Assembly (NCBI GenBank): GCA_945870555.1
Contig: CAMBSI010000001.1
Coordinates: 21,656 to 85,655 of the forward strand
DNA: 64,000 nt
Direction: 5' to 3'
Source: Staphylococcus epidermidis
GTDB taxonomy: Bacteria; Bacillota_I; Bacilli_A; RFN20; CAG-826
A program made the translations under genes and the position numbers. The notes under the pieces are model-generated. The model had not been told where the DNA came from. It searched no databases and was given only the letters and a program-made list of their open reading frames with translations. Positions 47,950 through 57,915 of this stretch are shown here, in pieces; position 1 is the stretch's first letter, and every line of letters begins with the position of its first letter.

Positions 47950-50277
47950 ATGAAAAAAGAAACCTACGAATTACCGTTATTGATTACGCGAGGAATGGTG
48001 TTATTTCCTAATCAATCCCAATCGATTGAAGCAGGAAGACCTTTTTCGGTCGCTGCAATTGAAGCAGCAAAAGTTGATGGAAACGATTTGATCTTGGTGA
48101 CCTCACAAAAGTCTCCTGAAATTGATGAACCATCCACCACGGATATTTTTATGGTTGGCACGATTTGCAGGATGTCCAACATTACATCCTTAAAAAGATA
48201 TACCCGCCTGAAAGTATTACCATTGGCGAGAATTATCATTACCGAAGTCATCAAAAATGGCGACACCTGGTCAGCAAAAGCTGAAAAAATCGAAGATATC
48301 ATTGGCGACCACAAAACGGAAGTGGCCTTGGTTCGTAATATCATCACCTCTTTAGAAGGTATGCAAGCGGTCACCAATCGTTTACCACGCGAAGTGGTTG
48401 GCCAACTTTCAAAAGGAGTAGCCGCTGCTGATATTTCCGATATCTTGGCAAATTTATTACCAATGCCAGTGGATCAAAAACAAAAGGTTTTGGAAACCCT
48501 CGACCTGAATGAACGATTAAAAATGGTATTGGATGCCGTGAATGAAGAAAAAGAAATTGCAGACATCGATAAACACTTACAAGAAGAAGTGAGAAAATCC
48601 GCTGAAAAGAATCAACGTGAATATTTTTTACGTGAAAAGTTAAAAGCGATTAAAACAGAACTTGGTGAAAATCCAGAATCCACGGATTCAGAAGAATCGT
48701 TATTAAAAAGATTGGAATCTGGTCAATATCCTGATCACGTGAAAGTTAAAGTTCGTGCCGAACTCAAACGAGGGGAAATGATGCCTTCAAGCAGTTTGGA
48801 AGCGTCCTTGATTAAGTCATATGTCGAATTAATGCTTGATTTACCATGGTGGCAACGCACCAGCGATAATGATGATTTAAAGAATGTCCAAAAGATTTTG
48901 GATGATGATCATTATGGTTTGGAAAAAGTGAAGAAAAGAATCATTGAATACCTCGCGGTCAAAAAGATGACAGGTAGTTTAAAAGCCCCGATTCTTTGCT
49001 TTTATGGACCTCCAGGAGTTGGTAAAACCTCTTTGGCACGTTCAATTGCGCGTGCATTAGGTCGTAAATTTTTGAAAGCTTCCTTAGGTGGTATCAGTGA
49101 TGAAGCGGAAATTCGTGGTCACCGACGAACCTATGTTGGTTCGATGCCTGGCCGAGTCCTCAACGGGATGAAAAAAGGTGGCGTGGTGAATCCAGTATTT
49201 TTATTGGACGAAATCGATAAACTTGCATCCTCCTATAAAGGTGATCCTGCAAGTGCTTTATTAGAAGTTTTAGATCCCGAACAAAACTTTGCATTTAATG
49301 ATAACTATATTGAAGAACCTTATGATTTGAGTAACGTCATGTTTATTGCGACTGCAAATTATCTAGAAGATATTCCTGCTCCACTTCGTGATCGTTTGGA
49401 GTTAATTGAAGTGAACTCTTACACAGAAGTTGAAAAACTTGAAATTGCCGTTCGCCATTTAATCGAAAAACAATTATTGGCAAATGGATTAAAAAAAGAA
49501 CAAATCACCTTCTCTAAAGAAGCTTTATCAACCGTTGTTGAATTTTACACACGAGAAGCTGGGGTTCGGGAATTAGAACGACGCATCGCGTCGATTTGCC
49601 GAAAAGCAGTCGTCGAACTCATTCAAGATCCAAAACTGACGATGATTAAAATTACACCCGCAGTCGTTAGAAGATATTTAGGTACTGAAATTTTTGATAA
49701 TTCTAAAAAAGAAAAAACCTCACAAGTTGGGGTTGTTACTGGTCTAGCCTATACCCAATATGGTGGAGATATTCTTCCAATCGAAGTCAATCATTTCCCT
49801 GGTTCTGGACGATTAGTTTTAACCGGTAAACTTGGTGATGTAATGAAAGAATCTGCGACGATTGCCCTTGACTATATTCAAGCTAATGCGGCGAAATATG
49901 GTATCGAATCAAAAATGTTTAAAGAACGTGATATTCATATTCACATTCCAGAAGGTGCGGTTCCAAAAGATGGTCCATCTGCTGGGGTGACGATGACGGT
50001 TGCGATTATCTCTGCATTGACCGGTCGCCATGCTTCTAGCGAAGTCGCAATGACGGGTGAAGTGACCCTTCGTGGCAATGTGCTTGCGATTGGTGGTTTA
50101 CGTGAAAAAACGATTGCAGCACTTAGAAGTGGCATTAAAACAGTCTTGATTCCAGAAGAAAATAAAAAGAATGTTGAAGATTTAGCAAAAGAAGTCAAAG
50201 AAAACTTAAAGATTATCTATGTGAAGAATGTCGATGAGGCAATTGAAGTCACACTTGCACCATCGGTGAAAGCGTAA
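47950..50277 (+). CDS. lon: ATP-dependent Lon protease (LonA)
   Basis: Lon N-domain (LPLLITRGMVLFP), AAA+ Walker A (GPPGVGKTS) and a protease domain with the catalytic Ser context (DGPSAGVTM). Confidence 0.95.
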   Translation: MKKETYELPLLITRGMVLFPNQSQSIEAGRPFSVAAIEAAKVDGNDLILVTSQKSPEIDEPSTTDIFMVGTICRMSNITSLKRYTRLKVLPLARIIITEVIKNGDTWSAKAEKIEDIIGDHKTEVALVRNIITSLEGMQAVTNRLPREVVGQLSKGVAAADISDILANLLPMPVDQKQKVLETLDLNERLKMVLDAVNEEKEIADIDKHLQEEVRKSAEKNQREYFLREKLKAIKTELGENPESTDSEESLLKRLESGQYPDHVKVKVRAELKRGEMMPSSSLEASLIKSYVELMLDLPWWQRTSDNDDLKNVQKILDDDHYGLEKVKKRIIEYLAVKKMTGSLKAPILCFYGPPGVGKTSLARSIARALGRKFLKASLGGISDEAEIRGHRRTYVGSMPGRVLNGMKKGGVVNPVFLLDEIDKLASSYKGDPASALLEVLDPEQNFAFNDNYIEEPYDLSNVMFIATANYLEDIPAPLRDRLELIEVNSYTEVEKLEIAVRHLIEKQLLANGLKKEQITFSKEALSTVVEFYTREAGVRELERRIASICRKAVVELIQDPKLTMIKITPAVVRRYLGTEIFDNSKKEKTSQVGVVTGLAYTQYGGDILPIEVNHFPGSGRLVLTGKLGDVMKESATIALDYIQANAAKYGIESKMFKERDIHIHIPEGAVPKDGPSAGVTMTVAIISALTGRHASSEVAMTGEVTLRGNVLAIGGLREKTIAALRSGIKTVLIPEENKKNVEDLAKEVKENLKIIYVKNVDEAIEVTLAPSVKA

Positions 50278-50870
50278 TGGATTTTAAAAAAACAACCTTT
50301 GTTAAAACGGTGGTGCGATTAGAAGATCGCCCCCGTTTTACTTTACCGGAGGTTATTTTTATTGGTCGATCGAATGTTGGAAAGAGTACGCTCATCAATA
50401 TACTAACCGGCCAAAAGAAATTAGCAAAAACTTCATCTACACCGGGAAAAACACGATATTTAAATTACTACATGGTCGATCATCAATTTTATTTGGTCGA
50501 CGCACCTGGTTTTGGTTATACCGCGTATGGCAAACAAGATCTGGATCGATTTTCTGAACTCATGCAACCTTACTTCTTGGAAGCTAAACCACGGATCGCG
50601 TTATATTTAATGGATAGCCGCAGGGAAGTTTTGGAAAGTGATATCCAATGGATTCGAGAATTAAACCGGCTGATGAACGTCTTATTGGTCTTCACAAAAA
50701 TTGATGTGTTAAATCAAAAAGAACAAGCTGCTCTCATGAAACAACTGAAAACGCTTGGCTTATCCAACAAAGAATTTGCTTTTGTTAGCCATGATAATCC
50801 CCGATTAGTGGAGAAGTTAAGGGAACAAATCCGTAGTTTTTTCCCAAATACCAAGATTGAAACTCCATAA
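50277..50870 (+). CDS. engB: Ribosome biogenesis GTPase YihA/EngB (YsxC)
   Basis: G1 motif (GRSNVGKSTLIN) and G3 motif (DAPGFGY). Downstream of lon as in B. subtilis. Confidence 0.9.
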   Translation: MDFKKTTFVKTVVRLEDRPRFTLPEVIFIGRSNVGKSTLINILTGQKKLAKTSSTPGKTRYLNYYMVDHQFYLVDAPGFGYTAYGKQDLDRFSELMQPYFLEAKPRIALYLMDSRREVLESDIQWIRELNRLMNVLLVFTKIDVLNQKEQAALMKQLKTLGLSNKEFAFVSHDNPRLVEKLREQIRSFFPNTKIETP

Positions 50871-50899
50871 TTCGTGTATAATTTAAATTGATAAACCTA

Positions 50900-51080
50900 G
50901 TAAATCAAATCCGCTTTATATAAGAAAGCCTGAACGATGAAAGCAGGTTAAAGCGATTGATCGAAGTCATTTATCGCGAAAAGCGTCTCCCCGCGTTAAG
51001 GGGCTTGAGTGCATGGGAAATCCCATGAATTAAGGTGGTACCACGCAACAAAGCGTCCTTATGAGGGCGTTTTTTTATTT
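50900..51080 (+). promoter_or_regulatory. T-box riboswitch leader of valS
   Basis: T-box core AATTAAGGTGGTACCACGC (51027-51045) and terminator AAAGCGTCC..GGGCGTTTTTTT (51049-51077), then the RBS GGAGG. Confidence 0.8.
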
Positions 51081-51093
51081 CAATGGAGGCCTT

Positions 51094-53688
51094 ATGGAAT
51101 TAGCAAAACGATATGATCACAAAGAAGTTGAATCAGGTAAATATGAGCATTGGTTAACGCTTAAACTTTTTGGACTAGATCCAAAACGAAAAGAGAAATA
51201 TACGATTGTGATTCCGCCACCAAACGTGACGGGCAAACTTCATTTAGGGCATGCATGGGACAATACGCTTCAGGATATTTTAATTCGTTTTCATCATAGT
51301 CTAGGTAAAGATGTGGTCTATCTTCCAGGCATGGATCATGCCGGTATTGCTACCCAAGCAGTGGTTGAAAGTAAATTAAGAGCAAAAGGAATTACCCGAT
51401 TTGATCTTGGTCGTGATAATTTCCTTAAAGAAATGTGGAAGTGGAAAGATGAATACGCGATCAACATTCGCCGGCAATGGGCAAAACTAGGATTAGCTTT
51501 AAATTATGATTTAGAACGGTTTACCTTGGATGAAGGTTTATCCCATGCTGTTAAAGAAGTGTTTATTAAGCTCTATCAAGAAGGTTTAATTTATCGCGGT
51601 GAACGAATCATCAACTGGGATCCCGAACAACGTACTGCGCTAAGTAATGTCGAAGTCATTCATAAAGAAATTGAAGGAAACTTATATTATTTCCATTACC
51701 GTTTGGTTGATGGATCAAAGAGTTTAATCGTTGCCACGACCCGTCCAGAAACCATGTTTGCAGACGTATGCTTGGTGGTCAATCCGAAAGATAAACGCTA
51801 CACAAAGCTGATTGGTAAAAAGGTCATTAACCCAAGTAATGGCCAATCGATTCCGATCATTGCTGATGAATATGTGGATGTGGCATTTGGAACGGGTGTG
51901 ATGAAATGTACACCTGCGCATGATGCCAATGACTTTGCGATTTCAGAACGCCATCACTTAGAACGCCCGATGTGTATTGAAAAGGATGGAACCATTAATG
52001 CGCTTGGTCATCGCTTTCAAGGATTAGATCGATTTGAAGCAAGAAAACAATTAGTTGCATACATCAAAAACAACGGTCAATTAGAAAAAATTGAGCCAAT
52101 TAAACATGCTGTTGGCCATAGCGAAAGAAGCGATGCGATTGTTGAACCATATCTATCCAAACAATGGTTTGTCAAAATGAAACCACTTGCAGAAAAGGTG
52201 TTAGCGTTGCAAGCGACGGATGGCAAAATTCGTTTTTTCCCTGATCGATTTGAACAAACTTTACAACAATGGATGGAAAAAGTAGAGGACTGGTGCATTT
52301 CAAGGCAATTATGGTGGGGTCATCAAATTCCTGCATGGTACCATCGGCAAACTGGGGAAATTTATGTCGGATTAGATGCGCCAAAAAACATTCAAGATTA
52401 TGAACAAGATGCGGATGTGCTTGATACCTGGTTTTCCTCTGCCCTTTGGCCATTTTCCACATTAGGTTGGCCTGAACAAACCAACTTATTAAAAAATTAT
52501 TTTCCAACCTCGACCTTGGTTACTGGTTATGACATCATCTTTTTTTGGGTGGCAAGAATGGCGTTTCAATCGTTACATTTCCTTGGAAAAAAACCATTTC
52601 AAGATGTCCTCGTCCATGGGATTATTCGCGATTCGCAAGGAAGAAAAATGTCAAAGTCCTTAGGAAATGGGGTTGATCCCATTCAAGTCATTGACCAATA
52701 TGGGACCGATGCTTTAAGAATTTATCTTGCGACCAACTCGAGCCCTGGCCAAGACACTCGTTATATTGAAGAAAAAGTTGAAGCTCAAGCCAATTACTTG
52801 AATAAGATTTGGAACTCTGCAAGGTTTATCTTGTCTTATTTACCTGAAGATTTTAAACCAAAACGTTTGTTAAAAGAAAATTTAGATGCTTTACAAATTG
52901 GCATCCTTCAACGCTTAAACTATGTCCTAGAAAACGTGAAAGCGAATCTTCTCAAATACGAAATTGGATTTGCTTCGACTCTCATTTACAATTTCGTTTA
53001 TGATGATTTTTGTTCGTGGTACTTGGAGTTCTCAAAAGTAACATTAAATCGCGATGATGAAAAAAGTAAATCCACAACCTTGCATGTCTTGTATCACGTT
53101 TTAAAATCCATACTCGTCATCTTACATCCATTTGCCCCGTTTATCACGGAGTCGATTTATCAACAACTCCCAGGACATCAAGCTTCGATTTATCAAGAAC
53201 TTTATCCAAATGTGTTGGTTTTAGGACCAACGGATGAAAGTTTTGGCTTCTTGCAAGCGATGATTAGCGATGTTCGAACCTTTAAAGTCGACCATCATTT
53301 ACCACCTAACGCCCCTTTAAAACTCATGATTCAAACGAAGTTATCAACCATTCAATCGGCGATTTTACCTTATCTAGAACGCTTTAGTTTTTCACAAGTG
53401 ATGGATGCAAATCAAATCAAGGACACCCCCTCGACGATGACTGCTTATTTATATCCACAAGGTAAACTGCTTGTTGAAGAAATGATTGATCCAGTAAAGC
53501 AAAAAGAACAATTACAAAAAACTTTGGTTTTTCTTGAATCAGAAATCAAGCGGGCAACCCAGATGTTAGCAAATCCAAAATTCTTAGAAAAAGCACCAAA
53601 AGAAAAAATTCTAGAAGAAAAAAACAAATTAGACTTATTTGAAAAACAACGTCGAGACGCCATAGACAAACTAAAACATCTAGGTTAA
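51094..53688 (+). CDS. valS: Valyl-tRNA synthetase
   Basis: HIGH (PNVTGKLHLGHA), KMSKS and a C-terminal coiled-coil. The ORF opens at ATG 51061 inside the T-box terminator, so ATG 51094 (MELAKRYDH, SD GGAGG) is preferred. Confidence 0.93.
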   Translation: MELAKRYDHKEVESGKYEHWLTLKLFGLDPKRKEKYTIVIPPPNVTGKLHLGHAWDNTLQDILIRFHHSLGKDVVYLPGMDHAGIATQAVVESKLRAKGITRFDLGRDNFLKEMWKWKDEYAINIRRQWAKLGLALNYDLERFTLDEGLSHAVKEVFIKLYQEGLIYRGERIINWDPEQRTALSNVEVIHKEIEGNLYYFHYRLVDGSKSLIVATTRPETMFADVCLVVNPKDKRYTKLIGKKVINPSNGQSIPIIADEYVDVAFGTGVMKCTPAHDANDFAISERHHLERPMCIEKDGTINALGHRFQGLDRFEARKQLVAYIKNNGQLEKIEPIKHAVGHSERSDAIVEPYLSKQWFVKMKPLAEKVLALQATDGKIRFFPDRFEQTLQQWMEKVEDWCISRQLWWGHQIPAWYHRQTGEIYVGLDAPKNIQDYEQDADVLDTWFSSALWPFSTLGWPEQTNLLKNYFPTSTLVTGYDIIFFWVARMAFQSLHFLGKKPFQDVLVHGIIRDSQGRKMSKSLGNGVDPIQVIDQYGTDALRIYLATNSSPGQDTRYIEEKVEAQANYLNKIWNSARFILSYLPEDFKPKRLLKENLDALQIGILQRLNYVLENVKANLLKYEIGFASTLIYNFVYDDFCSWYLEFSKVTLNRDDEKSKSTTLHVLYHVLKSILVILHPFAPFITESIYQQLPGHQASIYQELYPNVLVLGPTDESFGFLQAMISDVRTFKVDHHLPPNAPLKLMIQTKLSTIQSAILPYLERFSFSQVMDANQIKDTPSTMTAYLYPQGKLLVEEMIDPVKQKEQLQKTLVFLESEIKRATQMLANPKFLEKAPKEKILEEKNKLDLFEKQRRDAIDKLKHLG

Positions 53689-53730
53689 GTCTTACTTTTT
53701 TCTCCTATTCAATCATAGGAGGATTCATAT

Positions 53731-53907
53731 ATGGACGAATTATCTCATCAAGACATGACCACGCTTCAAGGCGGTGAGCCTGTTTCTTTGGCCGCTGTCA
53801 TGGCGGTCATGATCGTGGCCATTTCGGCGGTGATTGTTTACCGATTGTTTATGTCATCAACTGGAAAGGCGACCATCCCTGGTGGATTCCAATTTGAATG
53901 GAAATAA
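53731..53907 (+). CDS. Unannotated 58-aa ORF: double-glycine-leader-like N-terminus + single TM helix
   Basis: MDELSHQDMTTLQGG|EPVSLAAVMAVMIVAISAVIVYRLFMSSTGKATIPGGFQFEWK. Perfect SD AGGAGG (53717-53722) 8 nt upstream. The N-terminus fits the LSxxELxxIxGG double-glycine consensus at positions -12, -8, -7, -4, -2 and -1. Confidence 0.4.
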   Translation: MDELSHQDMTTLQGGEPVSLAAVMAVMIVAISAVIVYRLFMSSTGKATIPGGFQFEWK

Positions 53908-54577
53908 GCGAATTGCTGATCTATCCGTTTTAGAAAGACCACGGGAAAAAGCTTTTGCATTTGGTGTCAAACAACTTTCCAGCCAAGAGTTGCTTGCCTT
54001 AATGATTGGTTCAGGTGTCAAAGGTCATTCCGCTTTGGCGATTGCAGAAATGCTTTTGAATCGTTATGGAAGTTTATTGAGCTTAATGAAGATTCAGATG
54101 CATGAATGGTTAACCATTCCCGGTATTGAAAAAACCAAAGCGATACAAATGCTTGGCATGTTTGAACTATTCCAAAGAATTGAAAAACATGATTTACCAA
54201 CCGTTAAACTCCATGAGCCATCGATGGTGTACCGCCATTATCGATTAAGATTGGGTAGTTTATTGCATGAACAATTATTGATTATTAAGTTAAATCACCA
54301 GTTTCATTACACGAGTGAAACCTTGTTTCGTTTGGGGTCGCAAGCATCCATTCAATTGGATTATCGAGATTTATTTGTGGATTTGTTAAAAACAGATACA
54401 AAAAAATTTCTCTTACTTCATAACCATCCTTCCGGGGATGTCACGCCCTCCCAAGAGGATATTCAAACCACGATAGAAATTCAGCGAGAGGCTAGAAAAT
54501 TGGGTTTTCAACTGATTGACCACCTGATCATTTCTTTTCAAGGTTATTTCTCGATGAAACAAGAAAAAATCATCTGA
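53894..54577 (+). CDS. radC: RadC-family JAMM-like protein (UPF0758)
   Basis: N-terminal HhH-like region (ERPREK...ELLALMIGSG) and JAMM motif (HNHPSGDVTPSQED). The ORF opens at ATG 53834 but overlaps the small ORF; TTG 53894, with an SD-like GGTGGA 7 nt upstream, is a plausible start. Confidence 0.8.
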   Translation: MNGNKRIADLSVLERPREKAFAFGVKQLSSQELLALMIGSGVKGHSALAIAEMLLNRYGSLLSLMKIQMHEWLTIPGIEKTKAIQMLGMFELFQRIEKHDLPTVKLHEPSMVYRHYRLRLGSLLHEQLLIIKLNHQFHYTSETLFRLGSQASIQLDYRDLFVDLLKTDTKKFLLLHNHPSGDVTPSQEDIQTTIEIQREARKLGFQLIDHLIISFQGYFSMKQEKII

Positions 54578-54584
54578 TGTATCG

Positions 54585-54712
54585 TTGACGCGATAAAGTG
54601 ATTGTGCTATATTAACAACGTTGTTGCCTCACGAGCTACAACCGCTTCCCAAGGTACTCAACTAGTCTAACGACTGACCGAAAGAGCGAGTCTGAGTGAA
54701 AAGGAGGTTTTT
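54585..54712 (+). promoter_or_regulatory. rplU operon promoter (TTGACG 54585-54590, N17, TATATT 54608-54613) and structured L21-leader-type 5'UTR
   Basis: Near-consensus sigma-A promoter followed by about 95 nt of GC-richer untranslated leader before the RBS AAGGAGG. Confidence 0.55.
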
Positions 54713-55021
54713 ATGTACGCAATCATCATTACAGGTGGTAAGCAACTTCGTGTGGAAGTTGGCCAAAAGATTTATGTAGAAAAACTTACTGCTGAACCAG
54801 GAGCAACGGTCACGTTTGATCAAGTGCTTTTGGTTGCCGATAAAACCGTTAAAGTTGGTAATCCAACGATTAAAGGTGCTTCGGTAACTGCCAAGGTTGA
54901 AAAACAAGGTTTAAGCAAGAAATTAACCGTTTTCACCTATAAGGCAAAGCATAACGTTCGTCGAACATTAGGTCATCGTCAACCTTACACGAGTTTAGTT
55001 ATTGAAGCCATTCGCGGGTAA
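54713..55021 (+). CDS. rplU: 50S ribosomal protein L21
   Basis: [18 protein letters not shown]..., 102 aa. Confidence 0.95.
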   Translation: MYAIIITGGKQLRVEVGQKIYVEKLTAEPGATVTFDQVLLVADKTVKVGNPTIKGASVTAKVEKQGLSKKLTVFTYKAKHNVRRTLGHRQPYTSLVIEAIRG

Positions 55022-55023
55022 AT

Positions 55024-55332
55024 ATGATTCTTGTCACCATCATCAGAAAAAAACAAGTTTATCAGATGATGAAAGTGACGGGTCATGCCAATAGTGCTCC
55101 TTACGGAGAAGACTTGGTGTGTGCAGCAGTTTCTGCGGTGATGACGGGTGGAATCAATGCCTTAGATTTAACAGGTGCTCTGGTGAAAAACATTGAGGGC
55201 TTAAGTGAAATCCAAGTTAAAGATCCCCAATTGACTAGAAATCAACAAGTGTATCAAGTCATTCACATTCAACTTGAAACGATTGCTGAAGCCCATCCAA
55301 AATTTGTAAAAATAAATATCAAGGAGAACTAA
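55024..55332 (+). CDS. prp: Ribosomal-processing cysteine protease Prp (YsxB)
   Basis: [19 protein letters not shown] motif with catalytic His/Cys. Sits between rplU and rpmA. Confidence 0.85.
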   Translation: MILVTIIRKKQVYQMMKVTGHANSAPYGEDLVCAAVSAVMTGGINALDLTGALVKNIEGLSEIQVKDPQLTRNQQVYQVIHIQLETIAEAHPKFVKINIKEN

Positions 55333-55334
55333 AG

Positions 55335-55628
55335 ATGAACTTATTTAAATTAAATTTACAACAATTTGCCTCCAAAAAAGGGGTCGGTTCCACCACCAAC
55401 GGGCGCGATTCCGCTGGTCGTAGATTAGGTTCAAAAGCATCGGACGGTGAAACCGTGAATGCTGGTACGATTATCTATCGCCAACGCGGTACAAAAATTC
55501 ATCCAGGTCTTAATACCAAAAAAGGTGGAGATGACACCATTTTTGCAACCAAAACTGGGGTTGTAAAATATCAACGTTGGGGTAAAGATCGAACCCGGGT
55601 TATTGTCTTAGAATCGGTCGCTAAGTAA
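55335..55628 (+). CDS. rpmA: 50S ribosomal protein L27 (with Prp-cleaved N-terminal extension)
   Basis: N-terminal extension ...[19 protein letters not shown] typical of Firmicutes L27 precursors. Confidence 0.93.
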   Translation: MNLFKLNLQQFASKKGVGSTTNGRDSAGRRLGSKASDGETVNAGTIIYRQRGTKIHPGLNTKKGGDDTIFATKTGVVKYQRWGKDRTRVIVLESVAK

Positions 55629-55637
55629 GCAAGCCAC

Positions 55638-55662
55638 AGACCACGATAAGTGGTCTTTTTTG
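55638..55662 (+). terminator. Intrinsic terminator after rpmA
   Basis: AGACCAC-GATAA-GTGGTCT followed by T6. Confidence 0.7.
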
Positions 55663-55676
55663 TTATAATGAATTCA

Positions 55677-56621
55677 ATGAAAAAAATTTCCATTGTCGTT
55701 CCGATGTACAACGAGGAAAAAGTGATTCCTTTATTTTTTGCTGAAATCAACAAAGTTTTAGCAACCTTAAAGGATTATCAGTTCGAAATCGTCGTTGTAA
55801 ATGATGGATCTAAAGATAAAACCTTAACCTTGTTACGGACTCAACAATCCCAACAATCCAATTTAATCGTTGTCAATTTGTCTCGAAATTTTGGTCATGA
55901 ACCTGCTGTTGCGGCTGGTATCAAAACCGCTACCGGTGATGCCATTATTCCTATGGATGCAGATTTACAAGACCCACCAACCCTGATTCGATCACTGCTT
56001 GCAAAATTTGAAGAAGGCTTTGAAGTGGTGAATGCCAAACGAAAAGGCCGTCATGAGGACACGTTTTTCAAACGTTATTCGGCAATTAAGTTTTATCAAT
56101 TTGTTGCCAAACTTTCTGGCAAAGTTAAAATCCCTCAAAATGTTGGACATTTTCGTTTAATTTCTCGTCGGGTTGCCGATGAAGTGAATCGCTTAACGGA
56201 ACGTAATCGGGTCTTCCGAATTGAAGTTCCCTTTGTTGGCTTTAAAACCACGGAAGTACTTTTTGATCGACCAAAACGAGCTGCTGGTGAAACGCATTAT
56301 AACTTAAAAAGTATGCTCAAGTTAGCGGTCGATGCGATTGCATCGACAACAAGCGTCCCGTTAGTTTGGCCCATTTATGTTTTTATCTTTATCGGTTTTT
56401 TATTGGCGGTAAGTGTCATCACACAAATCGCTTTATTGATACTTCTTTCCTTATCAGAAGTCGTCCATTTGATTTGGTTACTTGGCAACGTTTTACTTTT
56501 ATGTTTTCTCCTTTTGTTTTTCGTGCTATCGATTCTTTCCCTCTATTTATCACGCGTATTTATTGAAACTCAAAATCGACCTTTTTATGTGATTGACCAA
56601 GTTTTTCAAGGTCGCGCATAA
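55677..56621 (+). CDS. GT2 polyprenol-phosphate glycosyltransferase (GtrB/CsbB-like) with C-terminal TM helices
   Basis: GT-A motifs (ISIVVPMYNEE, VNDGSKD, DADLQDP) and two C-terminal TM segments. TG-n-TATAAT at 55661-55669, then ATG 55677 with no SD (leaderless). Confidence 0.8.
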   Translation: MKKISIVVPMYNEEKVIPLFFAEINKVLATLKDYQFEIVVVNDGSKDKTLTLLRTQQSQQSNLIVVNLSRNFGHEPAVAAGIKTATGDAIIPMDADLQDPPTLIRSLLAKFEEGFEVVNAKRKGRHEDTFFKRYSAIKFYQFVAKLSGKVKIPQNVGHFRLISRRVADEVNRLTERNRVFRIEVPFVGFKTTEVLFDRPKRAAGETHYNLKSMLKLAVDAIASTTSVPLVWPIYVFIFIGFLLAVSVITQIALLILLSLSEVVHLIWLLGNVLLLCFLLLFFVLSILSLYLSRVFIETQNRPFYVIDQVFQGRA

Positions 56622-56623
56622 GT

Positions 56624-57892
56624 ATGTTTATTGATCGTGCCCAAATCGTTCTAAAAGCCGGAAAAGGTGGCGATGGTGCTATTTCTTTTTTACGCCTTAA
56701 ATATATGGAACATGGCGGTCCTGACGGTGGTGGCGGTGGTCGAGGCGGTTCCATCTACTTTCAAGCTTCCCATTCCGAAACTACCCTTTATAAGTTTCGT
56801 TACCAACGAAAGATAACAGCTCAAGATGGTGAAAATGGCCAATCCACAGACCGTTATGGAACTTCTGCTGAAGACTTAATTATTCTGGTTCCTTTAGGTA
56901 CGGTTATTTATGATGATGAAACCCAAACAGTTATCGCAGATTTATCAGAAGAAGGCGAAAAAGCATTAGTCGTTCAAGGTGGTCGCGGTGGACGCGGCAA
57001 CGCAACTTTTAAGTCAAGTGTGAATCGAGCACCGCGTATCGCTGAAAAAGGGGCACCCGGTGAAACCAAAAAAATTACGATTGAACTTAAATTATTAGCA
57101 GATGTTGGTATTGTCGGATTTCCTTCGGTTGGCAAAAGTTCATTGCTGAGTGTTGTTTCCAATGCAAAACCGGATATTGCAGATTATGAATTTACCACCT
57201 TGGTACCGCAACTTGGTGTAGTTCAACGGCCAGAAAAAGCACCGTTTATGATTGCCGATTTACCTGGTCTTATTGAAGATGCAAGTAAGGGTAAAGGCCT
57301 AGGATTAAACTTTTTAAGGCACATCGAACGCTGTCGTGTTCTCCTTCATGTGGTGGATATGGCGTCACATCGTGATCCTGTTTACGCGTATGAAAGTATT
57401 CTGACGGAATTAAAGGCTTATACGATGGACTTATTGACCAAACCAACGTTAATCGTTGCCTCAAAAATGGATGAACCTCAAGCCCAAGATAATCTTAAAA
57501 TCCTACAAAAGTATCTTAAGAAAAAGAAAGTTTATCCGATTAGTGCGCTATCGAATGAGGGGATACCTGAATTATTGGACGCGATTGAAATGGAGCTTGC
57601 AAAAGCGCCTAAATATAAAAAGAAAGTCATTGAAGGAACGGAAGAAAAGATTTATACCTATCAAGCCCCTTCTACGTATAAGATTCTAAGAAGAAGTGAG
57701 CATGTATTTGTGATTCAAGGTGAAGAAGTTGAACAAACGTATCAAAAATTCAATCTTTCAACCGACCAAGGCATCATGAGCCTCCTTCAATACTTGAGAA
57801 AAATCAAGGTCGAGGATGCTTTAGAAAAAATGGGTGTTAAGGTTGGGGATACCGTTGTCATCGGTGAGTTTGAATTCACCTATTATTCTTAG
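56624..57892 (+). CDS. obg: GTPase Obg
   Basis: Glycine-rich Obg fold (AGKGGDGAISF...GGPDGGGGGRGG), G-domain (GFPSVGKSS) and a C-terminal OCT domain. Confidence 0.95.
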   Translation: MFIDRAQIVLKAGKGGDGAISFLRLKYMEHGGPDGGGGGRGGSIYFQASHSETTLYKFRYQRKITAQDGENGQSTDRYGTSAEDLIILVPLGTVIYDDETQTVIADLSEEGEKALVVQGGRGGRGNATFKSSVNRAPRIAEKGAPGETKKITIELKLLADVGIVGFPSVGKSSLLSVVSNAKPDIADYEFTTLVPQLGVVQRPEKAPFMIADLPGLIEDASKGKGLGLNFLRHIERCRVLLHVVDMASHRDPVYAYESILTELKAYTMDLLTKPTLIVASKMDEPQAQDNLKILQKYLKKKKVYPISALSNEGIPELLDAIEMELAKAPKYKKKVIEGTEEKIYTYQAPSTYKILRRSEHVFVIQGEEVEQTYQKFNLSTDQGIMSLLQYLRKIKVEDALEKMGVKVGDTVVIGEFEFTYYS

Positions 57893-57915
57893 TTAATCAC
57901 GATATAATAATGATT

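Noticed and set aside
51061-51093. Upstream ATG start for valS
   Set aside because: It lies inside the T-box terminator stem and lacks an SD, whereas ATG 51094 has GGAGG at correct spacing.
53834-53893. ATG 53834 as the radC start (MFTDCLCHQLERRPS...)
   Set aside because: It would overlap the strongly ribosome-primed small ORF by 74 nt in another frame and add a non-conserved Cys-rich N-terminus. TTG 53894 with SD GGTGGA gives a typical RadC N-terminus. Kept only as an alternative.
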